NCBI GenBank assembly: GCA_043228905.1
Contig: JBHGNT010000005.1
Coordinates: 2,914,001-2,978,000, forward strand
DNA from: Azolla caroliniana
Taxonomy: Eukaryota > Plantae > Polypodiophyta
Length of the DNA: 64,000 nucleotides
Reading direction: 5' to 3'
Positions 1 through 12,900 of the stretch are shown here, in pieces. Position 1 is the stretch's first letter; each line of letters opens with the position of its first letter. The position numbers and the translations under genes were made by a program. The notes under the pieces were generated by a model. That model worked only from the letters and a program-made list of their open reading frames with translations, had not been told where the DNA came from and did no database searches.

Positions 1-517
1 ATTACAATGAAGCTTGGAGTAAATTTTATTATGTGATCATGAGCAGTTTATGATCCAATTTTGACATAGATCAATATTACTATTTTGAGTTAATTGATCT
101 CATAATTAAAATTAAGGCAAAATATCACTACTTACATAGATACCCATGCACTAGAAAGTGAGTACTTGGCAGATATGCATAATTGTCATAAATTTATGGG
201 AAAATCATTAATTCGGCAACTACTACTCATCAGTTGGTGAGTACTTGGTAGAAAATAATTTAACTCACAAAATTTGCCATGCAATCAAATAACAAGTCTC
301 TATTCAATTAATGCTCTCTACTCTTCATTCCTAATATTTCGTGAACCCTATTGTACTCCTATCATTCTTATCGCGAACCTTCCATGAGCGTCAAAACCAA
401 TAAAAGTTTAGACATTTTAAAGAGGGGGAAATCAATGTCAACACCCACGCCCACCCCCAAATCTCTATTATACACCCCCTTTTTTGTTTCCATTTTTCTA
501 TTCTCACACACACTCAC

Positions 518-1625
518 TCTCTTGTTGAATGTAGATGATGTAGCACTTTTCACTTTTTGCCAACACTTCTGTAAATGTGCAAAAGCTAACAAGGGCAATG
601 GAAGAGTTTGGCACATATACAAAGTTGTGTGTCAATAGTTCTAAAACAAAGATTATGTTTGTGACGAGACAAAATAAGGATATATCATGCATTATGTACA
701 ATAATGAGCCACTTGAATGTGTGGAAAGCGTCAAATATATTGGCCTGGAATTTCCTTCAAATATATTATGTCAAATATATTAGATGAAATGAATGTGCTA
801 CACACCGCTTAGAGGCAGGAAAGAGAGCATATTATGCATTATGTATAATAATGAGCCACTTGAATGTGTGGAAAGCTTCAAATATCTTGGCCTTGAAGTT
901 CCGTCACATCATAGATGGAATGAATGTGCTACACGCTGCTTAGAGGCAAGAAAGTGAGCATATTATGCATTTGAGAACACATGCAATCATGGAGATATCA
1001 AGTGTTAGGTCCTTAGGAAATACCTTTTCGACACTTTGATGACACTGGTGCATCTCTATGGGATGGAAGTATGGGGTGGTATCATCCTTAAATCTAATTC
1101 AAAAGAGTTTGAAAATGTCCAAAATAGTTTCTTACAAAGTTTCTACAAGTTAAGAAACAAACACAATACACCCTCCTCCTCAAGATGGGATCACTTCCCA
1201 TTGAGATCATGTTCATGGAAAGGGTTGTTGAATACATGCTTAAGGTTTAAAAATGTCTCTCACATCGACTTTCTAGAATCACATGAGAAGAAAGCAAAAA
1301 GATCCAAATGACGCATAAAGGGAAAATTTTGTGTCCAGGTTGGATACATTATATGGAAAAATGGTTTGGTAGATGGGATGCAACATACTTGCTTCATGAT
1401 GCATCATTAGATTCCTCTGTAAATGAGATCTTTTTACAAGGCCGATGTATCATGACATGAGACAAATTCGAGGCCCACACATCACACATTATATTACAAT
1501 TATTGCTCTTAACTATAAAACCATATTCTTCACAAAACGGGGAAACCATACACATCGATATATATTAGAGCCAATATCGTTGTCTACCATTCGAACCATT
1601 GCTTCCATGCGACTTGGCTCATTGT
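518..1625 (+). mobile_element. Decayed LINE fragment (RTE/RTEX-like family A), RT C-terminal half
   Basis: LLLNVDDVAL (RT YxDD region), KTKIM, NNEPLECVESFKYLG and YGMEVWG motifs spread over frameshifted ORFs. Closely similar in sequence to 37430-38520. Confidence 0.8.
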
Positions 1626-2031
1626 TGAGTTCATACTTTGGGAATTCAAAACCCTGATTAGGAACTAAAAGTTATGAGGTAGAAAATCACAAGGTGTGAG
1701 GAGGGTCTATGGTGACCAAGGGAATGCACATTGATTGTAGATTTACTTCGTTGAAACTCAAACTACATAGTACCCCCATTATTCTTAATCTTCTCATCTT
1801 ATGTTAAAGGGTTTGACTCTTCTTTTCAGGTTCTTTTCCGTAAATCATGTAAGTTACTCTTGGATCATATTGTCAAACTATTGTAGCTCTACGAAATTTA
1901 TAACCTCTACACTCTCTACACCACTTCATATTTACTTAATTGTGGTACCATTTCTAGTGTTTTTCACATATTTATTGATATAATTATGTGTTTTCTTGTG
2001 TGTGTGAGGGAGAGAGAGATTTACGATCCTC

Positions 2032-2514
2032 TGTTGTGAAGAAAGGCTCTATTTTTCGACACTTGGTATCAGAACCAAGAGAAAAGATAGAGTGACGAAA
2101 GAAATATATAAAGAGATCACAAGAAGAGAGGAATGAAGTGATAACAGAAGAATTAATGTATTAGGATAGAATAAGAATGGGTACAAGATAGGCGATGAGA
2201 GTTTAAGACCGGTGTTGATTCGAATTAGTTTGAGAAGAATTGCATGTCTATACTTATAGGTTCCTATAGAATAGCCTAGAGATTTCTATAATGTTCTATA
2301 ATGTTCTAGATCTAGAATATTCTAAGATGTTCTAGGATAATCTAGAATGTTCTAGAATGTTCTAGAGTATTTATAATAATCAGTGTATTAGAAGAAGTAG
2401 CATTTATTATTTCATATGATCATGGGCTATCTTAATGGTTAAGTTATTGATTATGTAGTATAAGGTTTCGGGTTCAAGCCTAGGTGAAACAACGATGTTT
2501 ATGTATTCATAACA
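2032..2514. mobile_element. Solo-LTR-like sequence
   Basis: Starts TGTTGTGAA and ends TTCATAACA (8/9 inverted match, TG...CA). Contains TTCTAGAAT-type short repeats at 2270-2370. No 5-bp TSD visible. Confidence 0.45.
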
Positions 2515-4134
2515 TTTGGGTTATCCGATAGGAACGAATGTTACAAATGGTCAATTGATTGAACGGATGTCTAGTAAGTTGAGGGATAAGTTCATGTATT
2601 GGAAGTCACAATCTTGACCATTTCATGTACGCTTGACGGTTGTACAATGTATTATGGAAGCCATGATATTATATTACTTGCCATGGACAAAGAAGGCTTT
2701 GCATTCTGTTTTGCAATCTCTTCGATATTTGTTGTGGAAGAAGAGGGATAAGATGGAAATCACATGGGTTGTGTGGAATCATCTAGAAAACCCTAAGCAA
2801 TTGGGGGGAGTTGGAATATTGAACTTATCTATGCATATCATGGCTCGTAAATTTTCATTATTACAAGACATGTGTTCAAACTCACAAACATGAATATCTA
2901 TTGTTCAATATTTCATTGATAACAAGGGTTTAACACATCGGAGGACAACGATTACTTCATGGTGGCAATTACTGAATGGATGTATTTCACTAAGGATTTT
3001 GAGATCTTCATGTGTACAACACTTGGTTACCTCATGGCAAGAAGCACTCTTGTTATGTGTATGGAAACCATCATCTAGTAGAGAGCAATGTAATTCTTTG
3101 CAAAAAGAGTTACTTGTGTCTTCTCGGTTATTATGTTGGCCAAGAAAGGAGAGATTTTGCTCTCAATTTAATCATTTGTTTCGTTTGTGGGTCAAAGAAG
3201 TGGGAGATATACTTAAGGCTTCATCTCAAAGAATTTTGGAGTTTGTTAAAGTGCAACAATTATTACGCATCCCACCTAACTATGGGTTTATTTGGCACTA
3301 ACTACAAAATATTGCATTGATGCAAGGTCCCTTACCTCTACAAATAGGAGAACAACCATGGATTGATTGGTATTTACGGGGTCAAACGTCATTGTTACAT
3401 GTGACTACTAATCTTTTGTATCATTGCTCTATTGAGTCTCTTGGATAGTTATATCATCTAAGGTTGAAGAAGATTAGAAAATACACAAATCTGATCATGG
3501 GTGGTGGCAGATCTTACAACGTAGTTGGCATTCTAAATTGCCACTTGTAGCAAAGTTCTTCATTTGGAGAGTTTTGATTGGAGGATTGCCTTTGGTATTA
3601 GCTCTAAAGCATCATGAACTAGCAACGAGTAATTGCTTTTTTTTGCACTGTTCAAATGGAAGATAGTACTCATCGATTTATACAATGTCCGATTGCTTGT
3701 CAAATTTGGAGTTACATTTCTCAAATTTGGCAAGTTTTATCACGGTGTTATTTGCCACCTAAACAATGGGTGTTTGCACAATTTACACAGGTTGACCCAA
3801 AATTAGAGAAGGAGATCATTTTTCTATTTCTGAGATATTGGGGATTGCATCGTAATTGGAACATGCCCAACGCTTGTGTATTCGATGGTAGACATGGAGT
3901 GAAAGCATATCTATGAAAGTTGAAGGGAGTACTAATGTGGCAATTTTCTTTATTGGAGCAAGTGGAAATTCTTTCCTCAGTGGAGTGTTCGTCTTGCCCA
4001 TTGGCAATTCGATATGTTCCACTACCCATGTAGTGTAGGTGGTGGGTAACCATACTTCATTGTCACACCCATTGTAAGTAGTGTTTTTTACACACATTTA
4101 TTAATATAATCAAGTACGTTTTCACCAAAATAAA
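2515..4134 (+). mobile_element. 5'-truncated L1-like LINE, ORF2 C-terminus (zf-RVT), decayed
   Basis: LGYPIG, PKQLGGVGILNL, KFFIWRVLIGGLP and EDSTHRFIQCPIACQIW motifs. A-rich end CCAAAATAAA at about 4126-4134. 15-bp direct repeat AGAGATTTACGATCC at 2015-2029 and 4135-4149. Confidence 0.8.
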
Positions 4135-5930
4135 AGAGATTTACGATCCATAAAGAGGCCAATATTGACCCATGGGACCTAAATACACTAGTTTTCTTCT
4201 AAACTTAAGTCCCATGGGTATTCACACTTCCTAAGAAGGATATTCGTACTTTGAAGCACAAAGTCTTAACGAGGGGATGGGAAGTGATGAAGACCCAAGG
4301 GGAGAGAGAGACCTATAAGACCAAAAATATAACATTTTCACGTAACACGTGTGAAAGTGAGTAGCGACTCTTGATGTTCAAGAACTTTACTAATGAAAAC
4401 TTAAGTCCCGTGGGTATTCACACTTCCTAAGAAGGATATTCGTACTTTGAAGCACAAAGTCTTAACGAGGGGATGGGAAGTGATGAAGGCCCAAGGGGAG
4501 AGAGAGACCTACAAGACCAAAAATATAACATTTTCACGTAACATGGGTAGCGACTCTTGATGTTCAAGAGCTTTACTAATGAATGTCGCAATCAAGAGTG
4601 CTCACTGTGACAAAAGTAGATGTTCATCACAATGCTCAAGGGGGGGTTTGAACCTTCGACCTTATGGTTTGACTTGTGTACTTAGGTTCGGTGGGTATTC
4701 ATATTGCCTAAGAAAGATATTCATACTTTGATGCACAAAGTCTCGTGAAAACACCAATATGCCACAATGATCATATATGTACTTCATAAGATCACCTCAG
4801 AGCTCCAATTGATCTTTTACACCCCATCTCTTAAATCATTTCATAATGTCAAGCACCCAACCAAATGAGAGGATTTTGTTCTCATAGTTTTTTGTACCTT
4901 GCATCCTATGTTCCAAGTTTGTTTTGGTAGTCAATGGGCATGCATATTATTGAATATTGTGATATACATGTATACTCTTTACATGGCAATTACCTCTATG
5001 GGCTTGCCACCTATTTCTAATAGCATGATAAGGTAGGAGGTTGAGGATTTTGCCCTTAATTGTCTATGTAAGAATAAAATTTGGATGTTCTTTATTTCAT
5101 TCCATGCACCAAGTGAGATAGCACCGCCCCACAGTACCACTTTATGAAGGAAAACTTGGTCCACCAAAGCATTGAATAACATCAATCTCATTTCCCATCC
5201 TTGAGTATCACTTTGTTTGTATTGATTCTCAAACGCATAATAACTATTCCGGCTTGCTAGAAGTCTTGACTCATAACATACATTCCACCTAATACCAAGA
5301 TATTTGAAGCTTTGCACCACTTGTATTGGTTCTCCCTTGTACATAAAGTGGGGATGCATTGTCTCGTTGCATTGCCTTTAATGCTATCATTTTTGTTTTA
5401 TTGACGTTAATCGTTAGTCTATTGATTTCACTAAGTGTGTCTGGTACAAGTAAAAAGTATTGCATATCATCTAAAGTATATGAGTATAAAACAACATCAA
5501 CATATAGGAGTATAATTGCTAAAAAATGCACATTTATGCTTAGAATGCATATTAGAAGTGTCATTTTTTAATATTTGGCGTATTCTAAAAGCTGAAATTA
5601 TAATTTTTTTTAAACTTGAAAATATAAGAAGTATTTAACCTATTTAATATATTCTATACATATTCTAAGCATTTAAAAAAAAAGAGTAAAATACTTTTAG
5701 AATACTTAGCATATGTATTCGACGGGTTGTATATGCTAAGAATTCTACAACAATGTATAGGAGTATAAAAATAAACTCATGGATGAGTTTTGGGTGTTCC
5801 GGTCCTTCTTACTTTGTAGCCGTCTTTACTATTTCTTCGAGTTTATCGATGCATAGATTAACGAGTATTTAAGAGAGTGGGGACCGTTGCTTGACCACCA
5901 TATTGTTCAAAAAGTACTTTGCGAAACCAC
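4135..5930 (-). mobile_element. Decayed LINE (RTE/RTEX-like family B), RT C-half to 3' end
   Basis: Minus-strand LLYVDVV, KTKMIA, GEPIQVVQSFKYLG motifs and an SPTL(L)..LNLCID-like segment near 5850-5890. Similar to 30090-31640. Interrupted at 5516-5755 and by the repeats at 4200-4680. Confidence 0.75.
4201..4583. repeat. About 197-bp tandem duplication of LINE/SINE 3' sequence
   Basis: AAACTTAAGTCCC(A/G)TGGGTATTCACACTTCCTAAGAAGG...CTTTACTAATGAA occurs at about 4201 and again at about 4398. Confidence 0.85.
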
Positions 5931-7224
5931 TACATATTTTTAATTGTCATATAACTTTCTTCTCACAATTATAATTGTACTATGGCTACTCTATATTATA
6001 AATAATAATGGCACTCCAATCTCTATCATTCTTTTCCAAAGCTACGAAGAGTAGAGGAGAGAGAACAAGAGGTGTATAAAAGAAATTTGGGGGTGTGGGT
6101 GTAGAAAAGCAAGATAATCATAAATCAAAATGATCTCTCCCTCATACAGACACATCATGACACAATAGACATTATGCATATCATAGCGTTATCCCTTTGA
6201 TTATTTAAAGAGTCATTCATACTCCAATCTAGCAAGGTCATATTTCAAATGCTTCCCTTGATGGCAATATGCCAAAGTTTAAGTCAATACCATTGTAGAA
6301 TTAGCCATTTGGGGTGATAGTGTGAGAATACACTCCATGATTGCTAGCATGTCCCATGGCACCATCCATTATCATTAAGGATTCTCGATAAGACCTAAAT
6401 TTTCAAAGATATGGAAAAAGAAGATAAGAAAAGCTTGAATTGTGCGTGTGAGATCAACACTCTTTTGTGGATAGTTGGAATAAATATATATGAGGACAAA
6501 AGCATCTAGTATGGATGATGACTACTATACATTTGTTGAAATGAATTCACACTTCCAATCATGACATGGAGATGTACAATCGTATCAAGATATCAATATC
6601 CCACAAACATTCAAGACCCTGTATACATGCATGTCAAACCAAATTGTGTGTTTGGCTTACTTTCTCATCTTTATGCACATGAATTTTAGTTCACATACCA
6701 CTCAACATGCTATGTATGTAGCTTTCCTTATATTGACATCTGGTTGGATCATTGGTTGAAATCAATGTCCATAACTTGTCCCACACCCTTTTCTTTTATC
6801 AAACTTTATTAGTAAAAGGGATAGAATTGTATTAATAAAAAGGTTACCTTGTCACTCAAATAACATGTTCACTTGGGATGATTTTCCAATAGATAGTAGG
6901 AGTACACTCAAAACATACCATCACACCCATGGATTGAAGATTAAAGCCCCAACCTTAAGGATTAATTGCATAGGTGTAAGCTAAGTAATAATGTAAGGAA
7001 GTTATATATATTATCAATTTGACATGAGGCCCCTCACCCACGGATTGAGACTTAAAGTATGTTGTATATTTAATATGTAAGGTGAAAGATAGGTGGGGAA
7101 TTAAGGAACAAGGTTGAACAAAACCAACTAGCTGGTTTTGTGGGTGATATAAGGGGGGAGGGAGGGAGAGATCAAGAAGAACTTGAAGAGAGAAAGATCA
7201 GAAAGAAAAAGGAAAAGGAAAGAA

Positions 7225-9031
7225 ATGGGTGTGGAGGATCAATCAACAAAGTCATTCATGGTAAATAAAGTGAGTGCTAGTGGTGGTGTTGATAATTCAT
7301 GGAGATCTATGGAGGTGATTCTACGAGTCTTGGTGGCGGTAATAGCGGCTACTGCAGCAATTGTGATGGGTAAAGATAAGCAGCAAAATGTCTTCCAAGT
7401 TGCAAGTGTGAAAATTACGGTTTCCGCTCAATACACAGATGTTCGCGCATTCGTGTAAATAATTCTCTATCACTCTCTCACACATTTGTTTCCCATGGAT
7501 GCTTAATTATAAGTAGATGCTTAATTATACATCAAAAGTCATTAATATGTGAGAACCCATAGCTCTATCCACGGTCATGGCCTCAAAAACATATGGAAAT
7601 TTATTTGGCATGTGTTAAAGAACAATTCAAGAGTTGCAGCTAAGATGGGCAGGGCTCTCTTCATTCTAGAGATGGGACTGGGAGTTGTTTTTGTTTGGTT
7701 TCATCTGTTCAGCAAATTAGACTTCATGAATGAATCCTTAAACTATCTAATATAAATACAGTCCTCTGGTGGGTGGGTGGCCAACTTTGAGCTAATCAAA
7801 ACTAATTTATCATCCGAGACAACACAGAAGTCGACGCGATAACTAACATATTCAACAAAATATATATTCCCAACCAATCACAAGTTTGAGGCAATAACGT
7901 TTTCTCCAAAGTGTTCCGATCAATCACATTATAATAATATTTATGGTGTAAATTAAGTTCTAATCATATAAGAACTCTAATTAGTCAATACTAGTGAATA
8001 GTTTTTTATGAATGTTATACTTAGCCTAAATTTATAGTTGAGAAAAAGGCATAAGGATTTAAAAAGAAATATGCCCCACTTCACATGCTAGTGTCTCTCT
8101 TTGGAAGAGGTTTTTGAGTTTTGAGTTACCTCAATAGAGTGCTCTAAGTTTCCTTCTTTATTACTAGATAACATTAAGTTCGGGTGGTCTTTGAAAAACA
8201 CCAATATGCCCCTATTGTTTTCTAGTTCTTGATTTTCTCAAATGATCCAAAATACCCCTTGAATCTAATTGTTTGTTTATTTAGTAATGACAACTTGGTT
8301 TTAATCACGAATGCTTTACAAAGCACTTGTTTAGCAATAAAATATTTCATCTTTTCAAGCTTTTAATCACTAATTAGATTGAATGAGATCTACGGATTAA
8401 TACAAAATAAATAACATGGCCATTTACCATTTTGTTCTAGGTTCTTTGTGTATGCAAATGCTATTGTGGCAATCTACTCGATACTCGTTATGCCATCCCG
8501 GTTTCTAGTTGTGAAAAAGCGATGGATCCTAGGCCTTATATTTGTCATGGACCAGGTGAAAACAATATTCATATCTAGAAAAACTTGAGGCTATAAGTTT
8601 TGTTGACAAGGGGTATTAATTTAAGGAAACTTTTGTTTAAAAGTTACATGTTGCTAGGGATATATCTAAATACATTGAACATATCATTGATGTTAATAAT
8701 CACTTCATAATGCACATTAAGTACATCCTTTTGATGGATGTCAATGTAGGGAGCATTCATTTTAAGTCATTAATGTTTTTTCCATGTAAAACACAAGGTT
8801 ATGGCATTCTTGTTGATGGCATCCGCAGCAGCATCAACTGAAGTAGCATATGTTGCAAAGCAAGGAGAGAGCAAGCTCATGTGGAGTGAAGTTTGTAGCA
8901 ACTATGAACGGTTTTGTCTGTTGGTGGGTATTTCTATTGTCTTCTCCTTCATAGCGGTCCTAACAATGGCTATGCTTGTCACATTGTCTGGCCGTCGTTT
9001 TTTTCTCCACACCGCATCCTCAAAATCATAA
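7225..9031 (+). CDS. CASP-like (CASPL, DUF588) four-TM membrane protein, 192 aa
   Basis: Exons 7225-7454, 8441-8555, 8798-9031 (579 nt, GT-AG, phases consistent). Motifs LR..V..IAA.AAIVM..DKQ, A.Y.D..AFVFFVYANAIVAIYS, MDQVMAFLLMASAAASTEVAY and W.EVC..Y.RFC are typical of CASPL proteins. Confidence 0.9.
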
Positions 9032-9935
9032 CCAAGTAGCAATTGTTGCATTGTATGATAAAATCCTATGTATAAGGTTTACAACATAATCACATATTTA
9101 GGATTCATATCTACTACCCTAACTAGAAACCTTGATTGTATCACAAACTTCATTCTTATATTTATGTACCCATTTACCATGCACATAAATGTTGCATTAT
9201 ATTTTTGTAAAACAAATGTATGAATGAATTGGTTGATGCTTTTTCATGAGGATCTCAATTTCACTCAGGATTTATGGCCCTAACTTGTTACTCCTAATCT
9301 CTTTCTCATAACAATTATGCATATCTTTTACGGCTTATGATTTCACAAAACAAATTGTAGAATATTGAATATGCATTGTGAATCTCATGATTTGCAACGT
9401 TTAGTTTCAAATCTTGCATTGTTGACTATAATGTTTTGAATAGATTTTCCTTGACATGGGTTGGTTAAATCATCACTCGCAAACACGAGAGGGGATCATC
9501 ATATATTGTGTTTTTCATGTCTTCTTGGAATCTTCAAGATAAAACATTTTGATATACTTGTCATGATGAGAGCCTCAATTAAACTAACAAATGTGCAACA
9601 ATGTTGGTGTGAGCTACAAGAACCAGCAAGACTAGCAATCCACATAAATTAGGGTAGCTATGATTGGCAATGCATATATCGGATTGACAAATAAGGGTTA
9701 GCAAACCAACTTTTGAAGGTTAGCTCTCCCTTCACATTCTCATGCTATTGGCATAAGAGGGCTATCTAGAGCTTAGGTATGAAATGGAGGTTATACACTT
9801 ACTCACATCTTAGTAAACATGTACAAATGGGCGTGAGAAATATGCGAAATACATAAACCCCTATTGTGATACAAAGGTTAATACCAACATCTGATCAAAC
9901 AAATGATATCAAATAAGAAACAAGTGGAGCAAAAA

Positions 9936-12900
9936 CTACAAGTTATTCAACAAAAAAGAAGGTATGGCATAATTCCACCTCAGACTAGAAGTTGTATCTG
10001 AAAATAAGTGAAGCCCTTGCCATCGTTTCTTAAAGTCCACTTGACATTGCCATAGAACATCAGCTAAACCTTGCAGATCATCATATTGACCACGTAGTGT
10101 ATGGACAAATAACAACCAAAATTCAATAAGCATGGTGCGGAGATGTATGTGAGCATTATTAAAAATGAGATCACATCTCGCTTTCCATATTATCCAAAGA
10201 GCTAATGACATAATAGTACGCCAAATAACTAGATTTTCAATTCTAAACCGTGGAATAGAAGAAGGAAATGAGGTGAGATTGAGGTGTCTATGGGAAAAGT
10301 GAAAAACATGAGAAGCATGCGTACTTTCGTACTTCATAACATCTCCATGAAGGACATCCCATAATACTGCACCCCACGAGAAAATAGAATGAGAATAATG
10401 ATGTCTGAGCAATAAAAACAACTTACTCCAAAATTGCTTGATCTTGGGACATAACCAAAACACATGCAAAATAGATTCCATAAATGCACCACAATGCATT
10501 CCACAAGCATAATGCATTGAAACATCCAATGAAAACAAATCACTTTTTTCGGAAACTACATACTCCACAACCATTTCCAAAATTTGGTAAGTTGTAATGC
10601 ATTCACATTATTTGCAATCCAATGCTTCAGGGCAACAGGGCATTTATACTTTGATTGCAACAACAAATTTCTACCTAGCTTAACCAAATATGGGGAAAAC
10701 TACAAATGTTTACCATTTCCACCAACACTCAGCTTTTTCCATTGATAATTAGCCGGATCCTAGTCCAAATTGTAAAGAGGTTTTTTTTTAAAACCCCACA
10801 ATGAACAACATCGCAATCATTCTTGAAAGGGTGGATCCAAGAACCATTTTTTTCTAGATCTTGTAACTACTCAAATAGTTGAAACATTGGCGGACATCTA
10901 CACATCTGATGCAGAAAATGCATGCCACAACCTACCATCATCATCCACATTAAAGTATATAGTATGACCCGCAATGTTAGTTACTTTAGCTCCTAAAATA
11001 ACTTTTAAAGGAGAGAAATAACCAAACCAAATCTGATTGCTAGAGGGTGGCCATGAAGCCATAAATTGTCCCAATGCCACTTGCATATCATTGCACATAA
11101 TAGCACCTCCTTGATTTCAAAGCATAGACAAAGATTGTAACGGTTGATTCATAACATAGCATCCCCATGATGAACATTACTTGCAACTGATACATCCAAA
11201 GAAGCCGAATTCAAGCGAGGACGGCTACCAAGCAGAAAACCCCTTGCATCATAGAAGAGAAAATTCTAGGTCAAAGGCATCTTCCGAACTAGAAACTTTT
11301 TAACAACTAACCAATTTGTGAGAATTCCATCAAAAAAATTATTTTCTTATAAGGTTGTTTTAAACACATGAAAATTCTTAATCAAGGCCCACCTTAATGA
11401 GGGTTGCCACATTCCACCTATTGTCGGACACATAGTACACAACCTATGCATCATCACCTAATTCCAAACACTTTACATTGGCAACATAGCCCTACACACA
11501 AATTTAGAAAGCAAAGCCTTACATTGTGCTTCCGGATCCACTAGCCCCAACCCACCATTTTGTCGTGGAGCAATCAATACTACCCAAAGCTACTTTAGGC
11601 CTTTTATCTTGACTTGTTTTTCCTCCCCATATGTAATTGTGAATGAGGCGTTGCACTTGCAAAATACATCATCTAGCAAACAACGTAGCAGAAGTGTTGA
11701 ACGGACTAGCTCAACCGGATCCGGATCGGCTGAACAAGCCAGAGCCGAATCGGAGTCCGGAATGAAGAGCCGGACGAGCCGGTTTTGTATTAGCTTCCGC
11801 AATCGTATTCTTTTACATGATCTAGCAAACAAGGTAGTAGAAGCAATATACCAAATAGTTGCTAGAAGAACTTGGTTAGCTACAAGTACACGACTTGCAA
11901 ATGATAGGTTAACCGAATCCCAAAGCAACAAATTTCTCCTTAAATTTACAAGTAGAGGAGCAACTAACATATCTTCATTAACATTTTAAGTCCCACTTGG
12001 CAGTCTAAGTAATGAGTTACTTAGTGGTTCCATCAGGAACCCACTTGAATTCCTAAGGAAGCATCCAAGTAGGCAATAAATTTTGTGATACCCAAAAACT
12101 AAGAGATTTATGTCGATTTATCTTTGCTCTAGAGGCCAAACAGAATTCCTCCACTACTACTTGCAATTTACTTAAATTATCATCATTACCTTGGACATAA
12201 ATTCCAAGGTATCATTACCTTCCAGTATCATCTGCGAAGTCTAAATCCAATAGTTGTTGCATTGCAGGCAAAGGCAAACCCTTCAAAGAAACTTGAGATG
12301 AATTTAAATACATTGAAAATGTTTCCATTACAGTTAGCAAAAACAAGAATGTGGACAATGGACAGCCTTGACGTACAGAACGCGAAATAATGAATTTTCT
12401 AGTTTGCCCACCAACTACCAAGACTGAATTAAAGGCCTCACGATACAACGAAGCTACAGCCCTAATCCATTGAATAGGAAAACCTAATCTCAGAAAAGAA
12501 GCTTCCATGAAGTCCCAATCAACTCTGTCATATGCCTTTTCAAAATCTAATAAAAGTACCACAAGATCTTATTTATTCTTCGTTGCAATCTCTGTTAATT
12601 CCCAGAACAGAAAGACATTATAAAAATACTATGTTCTTGCATAAATCTTGTCTAAGATTCATGCACAATATCAGGAAGAAAGGTTTGTAATCTCAAAGCC
12701 AATAACTTAACATAAATTTTTTAAATTGTATTCAATGGAGTAATGGAGTGCCAACCCTTAACCTCATCCGTAACTACATCACCTTTCGGAATGAGGCATA
12801 TCAATCCCTCTTTCCACATTTGTGGCATAATACCTGTATTGAATATTTTTTGAAATGCTGCAAGTAAATCATCAACGATCAAATCCCAATATGTAATAAG

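Noticed and set aside
2063-2076. TGGTATCAGA as a primer-binding site of an LTR element
   Set aside because: No recognisable LTR ends immediately upstream and no gag follows; it lies inside the LTR-like segment.
6915-7080. CACCCA(T/C)GGATTGA direct repeat as a TRIM or Cassandra element
   Set aside because: Only about 25 bp is repeated, with no 5S motif, PBS or TSD. Probably an LTR/PPT remnant that I cannot delimit.
7183-7224. Upstream TTG start extending the CASP-like ORF
   Set aside because: It is a non-ATG start in a purine-rich leader; ATG 7225 gives a normal-length CASPL protein.
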